Assembly (NCBI GenBank): GCA_963805975.1
Contig: CAWDVR010000002.1
Coordinates: forward strand, 1,125,955 to 1,189,954
Source: an uncultured Acidobacteriota bacterium
Lineage (GTDB): Bacteria; Acidobacteriota; Thermoanaerobaculia; Multivoradales; SZUA-115
Direction of reading: 5' to 3'
Length of the DNA stretch: 64,000 nucleotides
Of this stretch, positions 1 through 8,595 are shown piece by piece. The notes below the pieces were generated by a model. That model did not search any database. It worked only from the letters and a program-made list of their open reading frames with translations, and was not told the origin of the DNA. A program made the position numbers and the translations under genes. Positions within the stretch are counted from its first letter, which is position 1. Each line of letters begins with the position of its first letter.

Positions 1-2305
1 TCTTGAACTCGCGGCCCTCGATGCGGAAGGCGTAGCACTGCGAGGTGTAGGAGACGGCGTAGCGTTGCTGCTGGAGCTCCGAGCCGTCGATGTCGTAGGC
101 GAGCTGGGACTCGACGGTCAGCCGCTGGGGCACCAGTTGGAGCGTCGCCCAGAGCCGCGCCTGGTCGCTTTGCGTCTCGCCGGTTTGCGGCCGGTAGGTG
201 GTGTACCAGGTGAGCCCCACCGTCGAGCCCAGGATGCCGACCGAGCCCGAGAGCGAGCGCTGGGTGATGCGGCTGGCGAGCGTGTTGTAGGTGACCTGGG
301 CCGAGATGCTGGTCTTCTCGCTGGGGTCGAAGCGCAGCTCGCCGTCGATCGGCCCGACGCGCGTCGAGTCCTCGCCCAGAACCTGGAGCGGGGTCTCCTC
401 GTCGAAGCTGTAGAAGCGCGACAGCTTGAGCGAGAGGATCTCGCGCGCGCTGCCTTTCTTCTCGTCGAGCGGCTTGGCCAGGAGGCGGTTGAAGAGCACG
501 ACTCGGCCGACGTTGCCGGCGGCGAAGGCGTCGACCTCGTCGAAGAGCGGCGTGCGCCGCACTTCCTTCTGCTCGATCTCGCCCAGGTAGCTGTAGATGA
601 AGCGCGGCTCGATGACGTGCTTGAACTTGCCGAAGCGGCCGATCTGGGTGTTGAAGATGCGCGAGAACGAGGGACCCACGATCTGCGCGCCGGCCACCGG
701 CAGGGTACGCGACAGGCTCTCACCCACGAAGGTGGTGCCGGCGAGCGGATCGCAGGGGTTCTCACCCGCCAGGTCCGAATCGCACAGGCTGTCGCCGTAC
801 CAGGTGTAGCGGTAGCCGCCGTTGACCGAGGCCGAGAGCCAGGGGAGCGACAGCACGTTGGCCTGCAGGTTGGGCTGCACGTCGAAGCGGCCGTAGCCGG
901 CGTCGTAGGTCGCCGAACGCCGGACGTCGAGGAAGGCGAGCGAGCTGTCGAGGTCGACGTAGAGGGGGAGCTTGCCCAGCCGCGTGGGCCGCAGCTTGTA
1001 CTCCACCTCCGGCAGGCGGCGCTGGATGACGCTGTTCAGCGGGTTGATGAAGGTCTCGCGGTCCTCGACCAGGAGGTTGAGCGACTGCGTGCCCCAGTTG
1101 CCGCTGACGAAGCCCCGGGAGAGCACCGAGCGCACGGTGTTGCGGTCGATCTCGCGCTCGAAGTCCCCGAGGTAGTCGAAGTCCGAGTACTTGCGGTAGG
1201 CGAGGGCGCCGCGCATGTTCCACGGCAGGTCGGTGGTGGTGGCGTCGAGGCGCAGCTTCCAGCGCCATTCGTCGCCCTCGGCCCGCTCGGGGTCGCGGAT
1301 CGCGTAGCCCTCGAACCAGCCCTCGGTGCCCTCGGTGGGCCGCCAGCGCAGCTCGTTGCCCAGGCCCAGGAAGTCCTTGCTGTAGAGGTCGGCGAAGATC
1401 GTGGTGTCGTAGCTCCGGCCCAGGGTCTGAAAGTAGGCCAGGGAGACGGAGGCGCCGCGGCGGTTCGAGTAGCCGGGCTGCGGGATCAGAAAGCCGGAAG
1501 CGCGCTCCCGCTTCGCCGGCCACACGATGTAGGGGATGTAGAGCACGGGGACGTTCTTGACCCGCATCGAGGCGCCGCGGATGTGAGCGTAGCCCTCCAC
1601 CTCGACCCGCGCCTGCTTCATGCGGAAGCTCCAGTCCGGCACCTCGTCCTTGCAGGCGGTGAGGGTGCCGTTCTTGATCTCGTAGGTGAGGTCGCCGGTC
1701 TTCTGGAGCTCTTCGCCGCTGAAGTAGAAGTCGGGGTCGACGTAGGCCGTGGCCCGGGTCAGGGTACCGGTCTTGTTCTCGAGGTCGTAGACCGCGGACT
1801 CGCCGGCCAGGCGCTGCGGCCCCTGGTCGATGGTGACGCCGCCCAGTGCCGTCAGCACCCGGGTCTGGAGGTCCACCGCCACCTCCGCCGCCCGGAGAGT
1901 GATCTCCTTGTAGCGGATCTCGACGTCGCCCGAGAGCACCGCGGTGCTCTCGCGCTCGAAGCTCAGCGTCTCGGCGCTGCCGACGGCCACCCCGCCGCCC
2001 GACTCCTCCGGGAACGGCAGCTTGAACTCGGTCCGCTGCCTCGCCGTGGGCGCGGGCGGCGCCGGCGGCGGCTCGCTCACCGGCGGCAGGGTGGTGATGG
2101 GCTCGCTCGGCGGGAGCTGCGAGGCGGGCGCCGGCTCGGCACCCGGCGGCAGCATCTGCGGCGCCACCGGCGCCGGCGGCACGACCTCCGGTACGGGAGC
2201 CGCCGGCTCCTGGGCGCGCACGGCGCCCGCCGGCACCAGGAGCGCCGCCAGCACTCCGGCGAGTGCCCAGAAAGTACGTGTGCGTGAGCGGGCTCTAGCC
2301 GGCAT
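1..2305 (-). CDS. lptD: LPS-assembly outer membrane protein LptD (OstA family), 5' portion; 3' end runs off the window edge
   Basis: The minus-strand frame is open from the ATG at 2303-2305 to position 1, and is not in the ORF track because it has no in-window stop. The N-terminus MPARARSRTRTFWALAGVLAALLVPAGAVRA is a signal peptide. It is followed by an OstA-like N-terminal domain (LSFERESTAVLSGDVEIRYKEITLRAAEVAVDLQ...GGVTIDQG) and a long beta-barrel-like region. The + strand ORF 65..2287 is its antisense artefact. Confidence 0.65.
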   Translation of the reverse strand, partial: MPARARSRTRTFWALAGVLAALLVPAGAVRAQEPAAPVPEVVPPAPVAPQMLPPGAEPAPASQLPPSEPITTLPPVSEPPPAPPAPTARQRTEFKLPFPEESGGGVAVGSAETLSFERESTAVLSGDVEIRYKEITLRAAEVAVDLQTRVLTALGGVTIDQGPQRLAGESAVYDLENKTGTLTRATAYVDPDFYFSGEELQKTGDLTYEIKNGTLTACKDEVPDWSFRMKQARVEVEGYAHIRGASMRVKNVPVLYIPYIVWPAKRERASGFLIPQPGYSNRRGASVSLAYFQTLGRSYDTTIFADLYSKDFLGLGNELRWRPTEGTEGWFEGYAIRDPERAEGDEWRWKLRLDATTTDLPWNMRGALAYRKYSDFDYLGDFEREIDRNTVRSVLSRGFVSGNWGTQSLNLLVEDRETFINPLNSVIQRRLPEVEYKLRPTRLGKLPLYVDLDSSLAFLDVRRSATYDAGYGRFDVQPNLQANVLSLPWLSASVNGGYRYTWYGDSLCDSDLAGENPCDPLAGTTFVGESLSRTLPVAGAQIVGPSFSRIFNTQIGRFGKFKHVIEPRFIYSYLGEIEQKEVRRTPLFDEVDAFAAGNVGRVVLFNRLLAKPLDEKKGSAREILSLKLSRFYSFDEETPLQVLGEDSTRVGPIDGELRFDPSEKTSISAQVTYNTLASRITQRSLSGSVGILGSTVGLTWYTTYRPQTGETQSDQARLWATLQLVPQRLTVESQLAYDIDGSELQQQRYAVSYTSQCYAFRIEGREFK

Positions 2306-3479
2306 CGCGCTCGACGATCATGGCCGTGGCCTCGCCACCGCCCAGGCAGATGGCGGCACAGCCGCGGGAGAGGCCGCGCTCCGCCAGGCTCGAGAGCAGG
2401 GTGACGAGGATGCGGGCGCCCGAGGAGCCGATGGGATGGCCCAGCGCCACCGCGCCACCGCGCACGTTGACCGCCTCGGGCGAGAGCCCCAGCTCGCGGA
2501 TGAAGGCCAGGGCGACCACGGCGAAGGCCTCGTTGACCTCCCAGAGGTCGATGTCGGAGAGCCCGAGGCCGGCGCGCTCCACCACGTTCTTCACCGCCTG
2601 GATGGGCGCGGTGGTGAACCACTCCGGCGCCTGCGCCGCGGTGGCGTGGGCCACGATGCGGGCGAGCGGCTTGACGCCCAGCGCGCGGGCGCGGGAGGCG
2701 GTGGTGAGCACCAGCGCCGCGGCGCCGTCGTTGAGCTTGCTGGCGTTGGCGGCGGTGATGGTGCCGCCCTCCTCGAAGGCCGGCTTGAGGGTCGCCATGC
2801 GCTCGAGGTCGGCCCGGAAAGGCTCCTCGTCGCGGTCGACCACCGCCGGATCGCCCTTGCGCCTGGGGATCGTCACGGGAACGATCTCCTGCGTGAAGAG
2901 CCCCGCCTCGGTGGCCTCGCGGGCCCGGCGGTAGCTCTCGCGCGAGTAGGCGTCCTGCTCCTCGCGGCTGATCCCCAGCTCGCGCGCACAGAGCTCGCCG
3001 CAGACCCCCATGTGGACGTCGCCGTACGGGTCCCACAGGCCGTCGTGGATCATCGAGTCGATGAGCTTGCCGTGCCCCAGCCGGTAGCCGTCGCGCAGGC
3101 TGGGAGCGAGGTACGGGGCATTGCTCATGCTCTCCATGCCACCGGCGGCCACGATGCCGTAGTCGCCGCAGCGCAGCTCGTTGGCGGCGGTCATCACCGC
3201 CTTCATGCCCGAGCCGCAGACCTTGTTGATGGTGACGGCGCCGGTCGAGGGTGGGCAGCCGGCGGCGAGCGCCGCCTGCCGGGCCGGCGCCTGGCCCTGG
3301 CCGGCCGGCAGCACGCAACCCATGTAGACCTGATCGATGTCGCCCGGCGCGAGGCCGGCGCGGGAAATGGCACCGGCCAACGCCTGCGCCCCGAGCTTGG
3401 GCGCCGGCAGGCTCGCCAGGGCTCCCTGAAAGGAGCCGATGGGCGTGCGGGCAGCGCTCAGGATGACGATCTCTTCCAT
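2295..3479 (-). CDS. acetyl-CoA C-acetyltransferase (thiolase II)
   Basis: 394 aa. Thiolase hallmarks are present: NKVCGSGMKAV (active-site Cys), GGMESMS, and the C-terminal GHPIGSSGARI and CLGGGEATAM motifs. Confidence 0.9.
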   Translation of the reverse strand: MEEIVILSAARTPIGSFQGALASLPAPKLGAQALAGAISRAGLAPGDIDQVYMGCVLPAGQGQAPARQAALAAGCPPSTGAVTINKVCGSGMKAVMTAANELRCGDYGIVAAGGMESMSNAPYLAPSLRDGYRLGHGKLIDSMIHDGLWDPYGDVHMGVCGELCARELGISREEQDAYSRESYRRAREATEAGLFTQEIVPVTIPRRKGDPAVVDRDEEPFRADLERMATLKPAFEEGGTITAANASKLNDGAAALVLTTASRARALGVKPLARIVAHATAAQAPEWFTTAPIQAVKNVVERAGLGLSDIDLWEVNEAFAVVALAFIRELGLSPEAVNVRGGAVALGHPIGSSGARILVTLLSSLAERGLSRGCAAICLGGGEATAMIVERDAG

Positions 3480-3587
3480 GGTGGATTTGCTTTCCGGAAC
3501 GACGAAAAAGAACGACCGATGCTAGCACAGGGCCACCGGCCGGCCGGCCGGCTCCGGGGACCTGCGGGCGGCGGTTAGAATCCCCTC

Positions 3588-4004
3588 GTGCGAGCTTTGG
3601 GCATCGACTTCGGTGAGCGGCGGATCGGTCTCGCGATCTCGGACCCGCGAGGTTCCATGGCGCTGCCGCTCGTCACTTTCGAGCGCCGCGACGACCGCCG
3701 CGCGGCGCGCCGCATCGCCGCCATCGCGCGCCAGGAGGAAGTCGAGTGCCTGGTGCTCGGCGAGCCGCGCAACCTCGATGGCTCGCGCGGCGAGGCGGCG
3801 GAGCGCGTGGCCCGTTTCGGCCAGCGCCTGCGGGAGGCCACGGGCCTGCCCCTCGAGTGGGTGGACGAGGCGCTGACCTCGGTCGAGGCCCGCGCGCGGC
3901 TGCGCGAGGCGGGTGCGCGGCCGGCCGAGATCGCCGAGCACATCGACGCCGTGGCCGCGCAGATCCTCCTCCAACAGGCCCTGGACCGCAGGTCTCCCTC
4001 ATGA
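3588..4004 (+). CDS. ruvX: Holliday-junction resolvase-like protein RuvX/YqgF
   Basis: 138 aa with a GTG start. The N-terminus LGIDFGERRIGLAISD is typical of YqgF. The gene pairs with mltG as in many bacteria. Confidence 0.8.
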   Translation: MRALGIDFGERRIGLAISDPRGSMALPLVTFERRDDRRAARRIAAIARQEEVECLVLGEPRNLDGSRGEAAERVARFGQRLREATGLPLEWVDEALTSVEARARLREAGARPAEIAEHIDAVAAQILLQQALDRRSPS

Positions 4005-4052
4005 CAGGGCGCAGGTCTCCCTCATGACAGGGCGCAGGTCTCCCGCATGACC
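3988..4052. repeat. 23-bp tandem repeat (gcaggtctccctcatgacagggc), ~2.8 copies, spanning the ruvX stop and the mltG start
   Basis: Direct reading shows copies at 3988-4010 and 4011-4033, and a partial variant at 4034-4052 (ccctc changed to cccgc). Each copy carries an ATGA stop/start overlap motif. Confidence 0.8.
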
Positions 4053-5135
4053 GCCAAGAAGACGAAACCGCGCCGGGCCGAGAGGGGCTGCGGCTGCGCC
4101 ACCGTCAAGCTCGCCCTGCTCTTCCTGCTGGTGGCGGGCGCCGGCGGCTATTGGGTGTGGCAGTCGCTCGGCCGGCCCTACCAGGGCTTCGCGGGCGAGT
4201 CGACCCGACTGACCATCGAGCCGGGCACCCCGGCGGTCGCCATCCTCGAGCAGCTCGAGAGGGGCGGCGTGCTTCCCAACGCCTTCCTCGCCCGCGGCTA
4301 TCTCGTCTACTGGCTGGGCGATCCGCCCCTCCAGGCCGGCCAGTACGAGTTCGTGGCGCCCTCGAGCCCGCGGCAGGTGCTCGCCAAGCTGGTCGCGGGC
4401 GACGTGGTGCGGGCGAGCGTGACCGTGGTCGAGGGGCTGACCCTGGTCGAGACCGCCGAGCACCTGGCGCGCGAGGGCTTCGGCAGCCGCGAGGCCCTGC
4501 TCGCCGCCATGCGCTCGCCGCAGCCGATCTCCGATCTCGACCCGGAGGCCCTGGACCTCGAGGGCTATCTCTTCCCGGACACCTACAGCCTGGCGGAGGG
4601 CATGCCGCCGCGCGCGGTGGTCGCCGCCATGGTGGCGAACTTCCGCACCCGGTACCGGGAGGAGATCGCGCCTGGGCTGCCGGCCCAGGGGGGCCTGACG
4701 CTCCGCCGGCTGGTGACGCTCGCCTCGATCGTCGAAAAGGAGGCGCAGCGGCCGGAGGAACGGCCGCTGATCGCCGCCGTCTACCGCAACCGGCTGCGCG
4801 ATGGGATCGGTCTCTACGCCGACCCGACGGTGATCTACGCGCTGAAGCGCCTCGAGCGCTGGAACGGCAACCTGACGCGGGCCGACCTGGCGCTCGACTC
4901 GCCCTACAACACCTACCGCTACGGCGGCCTGCCGCCCGGACCGATCGCCTCGCCCGGCCTCGCGAGCCTCGCCGCGGCGGCCAACCCGGCCCCCGCCACC
5001 TACCTCTACTTCGTCAGCCGGAACGACGGCTCCCACGTCTTCGCGGACACGCTCGCCGAGCACAACCGCAACGTCGACCGCTGGCAGCGGCAGTACTGGC
5101 GCGAGCGCTGGGCGGCCGAGGGCCGAGGGCGGTAG
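4047..5135 (+). CDS. mltG: endolytic murein transglycosylase MltG (YceG family)
   Basis: 362 aa with an N-terminal TM helix. The YceG core (LTLRRLVTLASIVEKEA, YNTYRYGGLPPGPIASPG, YLYFVS) is present. Confidence 0.9.
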   Translation: MTAKKTKPRRAERGCGCATVKLALLFLLVAGAGGYWVWQSLGRPYQGFAGESTRLTIEPGTPAVAILEQLERGGVLPNAFLARGYLVYWLGDPPLQAGQYEFVAPSSPRQVLAKLVAGDVVRASVTVVEGLTLVETAEHLAREGFGSREALLAAMRSPQPISDLDPEALDLEGYLFPDTYSLAEGMPPRAVVAAMVANFRTRYREEIAPGLPAQGGLTLRRLVTLASIVEKEAQRPEERPLIAAVYRNRLRDGIGLYADPTVIYALKRLERWNGNLTRADLALDSPYNTYRYGGLPPGPIASPGLASLAAAANPAPATYLYFVSRNDGSHVFADTLAEHNRNVDRWQRQYWRERWAAEGRGR

Positions 5136-5255
5136 CCCCTCACCCCGACCCTCTCCCCGCTCACGCGGGGCGAGGGCGCCACCACCCGCCGGAGCGAAAG
5201 CCTTTCCTCTCCGGTTCCCTCGCCCCGCTTGCGGGGAGAGGGCCAGGGTGAGGGG
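5136..5255. repeat. REP/MITE-like nested palindromic element, full copy
   Basis: Left arm cccctcaccccgaccctctccccgc-tcac-gcggggcgaggg, ~45-bp spacer, then right arm ccctcgccccgc-ttgc-ggggagagggccagggtgagggg, which is the near reverse complement of the left arm. Each arm also holds an internal hairpin. Starts immediately after the mltG stop. Confidence 0.7.
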
Positions 5256-5374
5256 TGCTGCTGACAGGGCACTCCTGCTGATATAACAAGGCGACATTCG
5301 AGACGACGACGGCACGAGCCGCGTTCCTCCGGGCGAGGAACGCCGGCCGCGCCGCCGTCTCCGAGGGAGGCCCA

Positions 5375-7354
5375 ATGAACGCTCGTGATGTGACCGGCCG
5401 GGAAGAGTTTGGCAGCTACACCTTGCTCAAGAAGCTCGCCGAGGACCCCCTGGGCGAGACCTTCCGCGCCGGGAGGATCGGCGCCAAGGGCATGGAGCAG
5501 GTGGTGCTCCTGCGTGTTTTCAACGGCCCGAGCGTCGAGCCCGACGCCCTCTGGCGCCAGCTCGCGAACCGTGGCGCCGTGCAGGAAGCGCTCAAGAGCC
5601 CGAACGTCGGCAGCGGCGTCGAGCTGGGACGGGTGCGCAACGTGCCGTTCGTCGCCTACGACTACATCTCCGGCAAGAGCCTGGCCTCGCTCCTGGCCCA
5701 GATCAGCCACGAGCGCTCGCCGCTGCCCACCGACCACGCCCTGCTGATCGCCGAGCGCATCGCGCTCGGGCTCTCGGTGGGCTACGAGACCAAGGTGCAG
5801 GAGCAGCGCATCCTGCACGGCTTCCTGGTGCCCCCGCTGCTGATGCTCGGCAACGAGGGCGACATGCGGGTGCTCGGCTTCGAGGCCGCGCCCGGCCTGC
5901 GCGAGGTGGTGAAGACCGGCTCCCTCGCGCCCGAGGTCGCGCGCTTCCTCGCTCCCGAAACCCTGTCCGGGGCCCCCCTCCACCGCGCCGACGACGTCTA
6001 CTCGCTGGGCTCGATCCTCTTCGAGCTGCTGACCGGCCAGCCGCTGCCGAGCGGCGCGGGCGCGCGCGGTGTCGACGGCGCGCGGCTCGCCGGCGAGGGC
6101 ACGCCCATCCCCGCCGAGATCGCCAACCTGATCAAGCGCAGCCTCGCCCCGCAGGCCGAGCGCATCCCCGACGTGGTGACCTGGCACCGCCTGCTGTCGA
6201 AGCTGATGATCGACAGCCAGTACAGCGCCACCACCTTCAATCTCGCCTTCTTCATGCACAACCTCTTCCGCGACGAGATCGACCGCGAGAGCAAGGAGAT
6301 CGAGAAGGAGAAGACGCTGGCGCTGCCGCGGCGCGAAGTGCTGGCCGCCGCCGCGGCGGCCGGCCACGGCCAGTCGGCGACGGTGGAGATGAGGCCGGGC
6401 GCGCCGAGCCCGGCGTTCGGCGCCCACGACGCCGACGCGCGCGACTCCGCGGCCAAGGGCGGCAACATGGCGCTCTGGGGAGGGCTCGCGGCGCTGGTGC
6501 TGATCGGCGGCGGCGCGGGCATCTACTTCGGCCTGATCCGGGACTCGAAGCCTGCCGCCCAGACCGAAACGTCGCCCGTACAGGACACCGCGGCGCCGGT
6601 CTCGACCGAGGAGACGGCGCCGGCGACAGGGGAGCCCACAGCCGACGCCACGGTGACGGCCCAGGCCCCCGACGCACAGTCGGACCTCAACGCCCAGCTC
6701 GAGAAGCTCCTCGCCGAGCGCATGGCGGCGATGGAGAAATCCGTCCGCGCCCAGTACGACGAGAAGATCCGCGGCCTGCAGCAGTCGATCGATCAGTCGC
6801 AGCGGGCCTCGGCGGAACGGCCCGCCGGCGCCACCGAGGCCGGCAAACCACCGGCAGGGGCCGTCGAGCCGGCGCCGGCGACTTCCGGTGCCGCGAACCC
6901 GGACGGCGCGGCGAGCGCCCCGGCGGGAGGGCCTGCGGTGGCCGACACCACGAGCGCCGACACCGTTCCCGAGCCGGCGCCCGCCGCCGCGGACTCGGTA
7001 CCCGCCCCCTCGCCGACCACCGCCGCCGAGCCGCAGCGCCGCCAGGTGCGGGTGGGCGATCTCGTCGAGGCCGGCCCCGGGGTGATCGCGCCCCGCATCA
7101 AGAACATGCCCAACCCGGTCTACCCGCCCGCCGCCAGGCGGCTCAACAAATCCTCGGTGGTGCCGGTCCGGGTGCGCGCGCTGGTGGACGAAAACGGCCG
7201 TGTGACCCGGGCCGAGCTGGGCGGGCCGGACCCCGGATTCGGATTCGGGGACGCGGCGCTCGCCGCCGCGCGCTCCGCCCGCTTCGAACCCGCCACCCTG
7301 CAAGGGGTGCGGGTCAAGATGTGGAAGCCGTTCACGGTGGAGTTCAAACCGTAG
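5375..7354 (+). CDS. pseudokinase (degenerate Ser/Thr kinase-like domain)-TM-Pro/Ala-rich linker-TonB C-terminal domain fusion protein
   Basis: 659 aa with a GGAGGG RBS. The N-terminal domain keeps the kinase-like APE and DVYSLGSILFELLTG motifs, but the VAIK Lys, the HRD Asp (ILHGFL) and DFG (LGF) are lost. A TM helix follows (ALWGGLAALVLIGGGAGIYFGLI), then a coiled-coil and P/A-rich region. The C-terminus has a TonB_C signature (NPVYPPAARRLNKSSVVPVRVRALVDENGRVTRAEL...RFEPATLQGVRV). Confidence 0.65.
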   Translation: MNARDVTGREEFGSYTLLKKLAEDPLGETFRAGRIGAKGMEQVVLLRVFNGPSVEPDALWRQLANRGAVQEALKSPNVGSGVELGRVRNVPFVAYDYISGKSLASLLAQISHERSPLPTDHALLIAERIALGLSVGYETKVQEQRILHGFLVPPLLMLGNEGDMRVLGFEAAPGLREVVKTGSLAPEVARFLAPETLSGAPLHRADDVYSLGSILFELLTGQPLPSGAGARGVDGARLAGEGTPIPAEIANLIKRSLAPQAERIPDVVTWHRLLSKLMIDSQYSATTFNLAFFMHNLFRDEIDRESKEIEKEKTLALPRREVLAAAAAAGHGQSATVEMRPGAPSPAFGAHDADARDSAAKGGNMALWGGLAALVLIGGGAGIYFGLIRDSKPAAQTETSPVQDTAAPVSTEETAPATGEPTADATVTAQAPDAQSDLNAQLEKLLAERMAAMEKSVRAQYDEKIRGLQQSIDQSQRASAERPAGATEAGKPPAGAVEPAPATSGAANPDGAASAPAGGPAVADTTSADTVPEPAPAAADSVPAPSPTTAAEPQRRQVRVGDLVEAGPGVIAPRIKNMPNPVYPPAARRLNKSSVVPVRVRALVDENGRVTRAELGGPDPGFGFGDAALAAARSARFEPATLQGVRVKMWKPFTVEFKP

Positions 7355-7448
7355 GGTAGAGCCAGAAACGGCATGCGCTGAGCATCCGCGCTCTGAACGC
7401 CAGAGGACCGTGGCCAACTCCGGCGGCGTCCCGTGGGAGGAGAACAGA

Positions 7449-8471
7449 ATGAGACCCGAATTCACGCGCGCGTTGTTAGTACTCTTGGTATCGAGCTTCG
7501 CATCTGCCAACTCATACGCCGTTTGCGACTACGGCCCAGACACCTGCCTGTTCGGATTCGTGTGGCGGGAAGCGTTCCCTGGTGATCACGTTTGCGTAAC
7601 AGGCGCTACTCGCGATCAGGCAAGGAGTGACAACAACCTGGCTGACCAGAGAAGATCGCCGACAGGCGGAGACACATGCTTACCCGGATTCGTGTGGCGG
7701 GAAGCGTCGCCTACCGATCATGTCTGCGTGCTCGGAAGCACGCGCACGGAGGCGGCTTCAGATAATGCTCAGGCAGGCGCCCGAAGAGATCCGCAATGCG
7801 CCGATCCATCGCTAAGCGACAGTTCGGCGCCCAGTTTCATCGAGAACACGATTACCTTTGTACGTGTCTCGGACAATCTTCAGGTCGGGTCAGAAGTCAT
7901 ACCGCCTGCCGGATTGACAAAATCATCAGTGGCCCGAGATCGACGATTTGTAGTAGCAGCTTCTGCGGGCGACAACGAGAGCGGCATCGCCAGCATACGC
8001 CTGCAAGGTGGAATAGGCTGGAACTGCACACCGCGCCTCGAGGGCGTGGGCACCAATCAACAAGGGTCGCTGGGCGCGCCGTCTGATGAAGAAAAAGATA
8101 ACACCAGCACACCGGGAAATCCGCTGCTGCGAAGCGCTCATTTCACCATCGATCCTTTTGAGGGCAATCCCTTGCGCCTGGTTTGCCCATGCACCAACGA
8201 TTCCGGGCCGCTCACGGTCAGCATCACGTTGGCTGCACGCAACGGGAAGGGACTGGAAACAACTTCTCCACCAATTACGGTGGAGTACTCCCCCCAATTA
8301 CCGACCTGCGGTGTTGCGTCGGGTGCAATTTGTGGCAACAATGTGCTCGGCCAGGTCCTGACTTGCACAGACGGCCGGAGCTGCGACTTCAAAAGGTCTA
8401 CGGTTTGCTCGGGATGGTGGATATTCAGAACCTGCGACAAAATTCAGACAACAGACATGTTCTGTCCGTAG
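7449..8471 (+). CDS. secreted cysteine-rich hypothetical protein with an internal tandem ~45-aa repeat; low-GC gene
   Basis: GGAGGA RBS before the ATG at 7449; the track ORF starts at a GTG at 7410. Signal peptide MRPEFTRALLVLLVSSFASANSYA. Two copies of TCL(F/P)GFVWREA(F/S)P(G/T)DHVCV..TR...SDN. About 18 Cys. Local GC is ~55% against ~70% in the flanks. No family recognised. Confidence 0.5.
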   Translation: MRPEFTRALLVLLVSSFASANSYAVCDYGPDTCLFGFVWREAFPGDHVCVTGATRDQARSDNNLADQRRSPTGGDTCLPGFVWREASPTDHVCVLGSTRTEAASDNAQAGARRDPQCADPSLSDSSAPSFIENTITFVRVSDNLQVGSEVIPPAGLTKSSVARDRRFVVAASAGDNESGIASIRLQGGIGWNCTPRLEGVGTNQQGSLGAPSDEEKDNTSTPGNPLLRSAHFTIDPFEGNPLRLVCPCTNDSGPLTVSITLAARNGKGLETTSPPITVEYSPQLPTCGVASGAICGNNVLGQVLTCTDGRSCDFKRSTVCSGWWIFRTCDKIQTTDMFCP

Positions 8472-8546
8472 GTACTGCTCGAGACCGCCGCGAACGGCGG
8501 AATCGGCCGCTACAGGCGTCCTCTCAGAGTCTCCGGTCACACTCTG

Positions 8547-8589
8547 GCCCCTCTCCCCGCGTGGGCGGGGAGAGGGCTGGGGTGAGGGG
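8547..8589. repeat. REP/MITE-like element, half copy (one arm)
   Basis: gcccctctccccgc-gtgg-gcggggagagggctggggtgagggg, lying between the convergent gene ends at 8471 and 8596. Confidence 0.6.
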
Positions 8590-8595
8590 TCTGTC

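Noticed and set aside
65-2287. 740-aa + strand ORF (Arg/Ala/Gly-rich)
   Set aside because: Antisense to the lptD frame, which has a signal peptide and an OstA domain. It has a typical high-GC antisense composition and no domain.
3999-5375. 458-aa minus-strand ORF
   Set aside because: Antisense to mltG. Its N-terminal part is just the translation of the REP element (LSPQAGRGNRRG...).
5006-7510. 834-aa minus-strand ORF
   Set aside because: Antisense to the pseudokinase-TonB_C gene. It contains the REP translation (PSPRKRGEGTGEE) and has a low-complexity composition.
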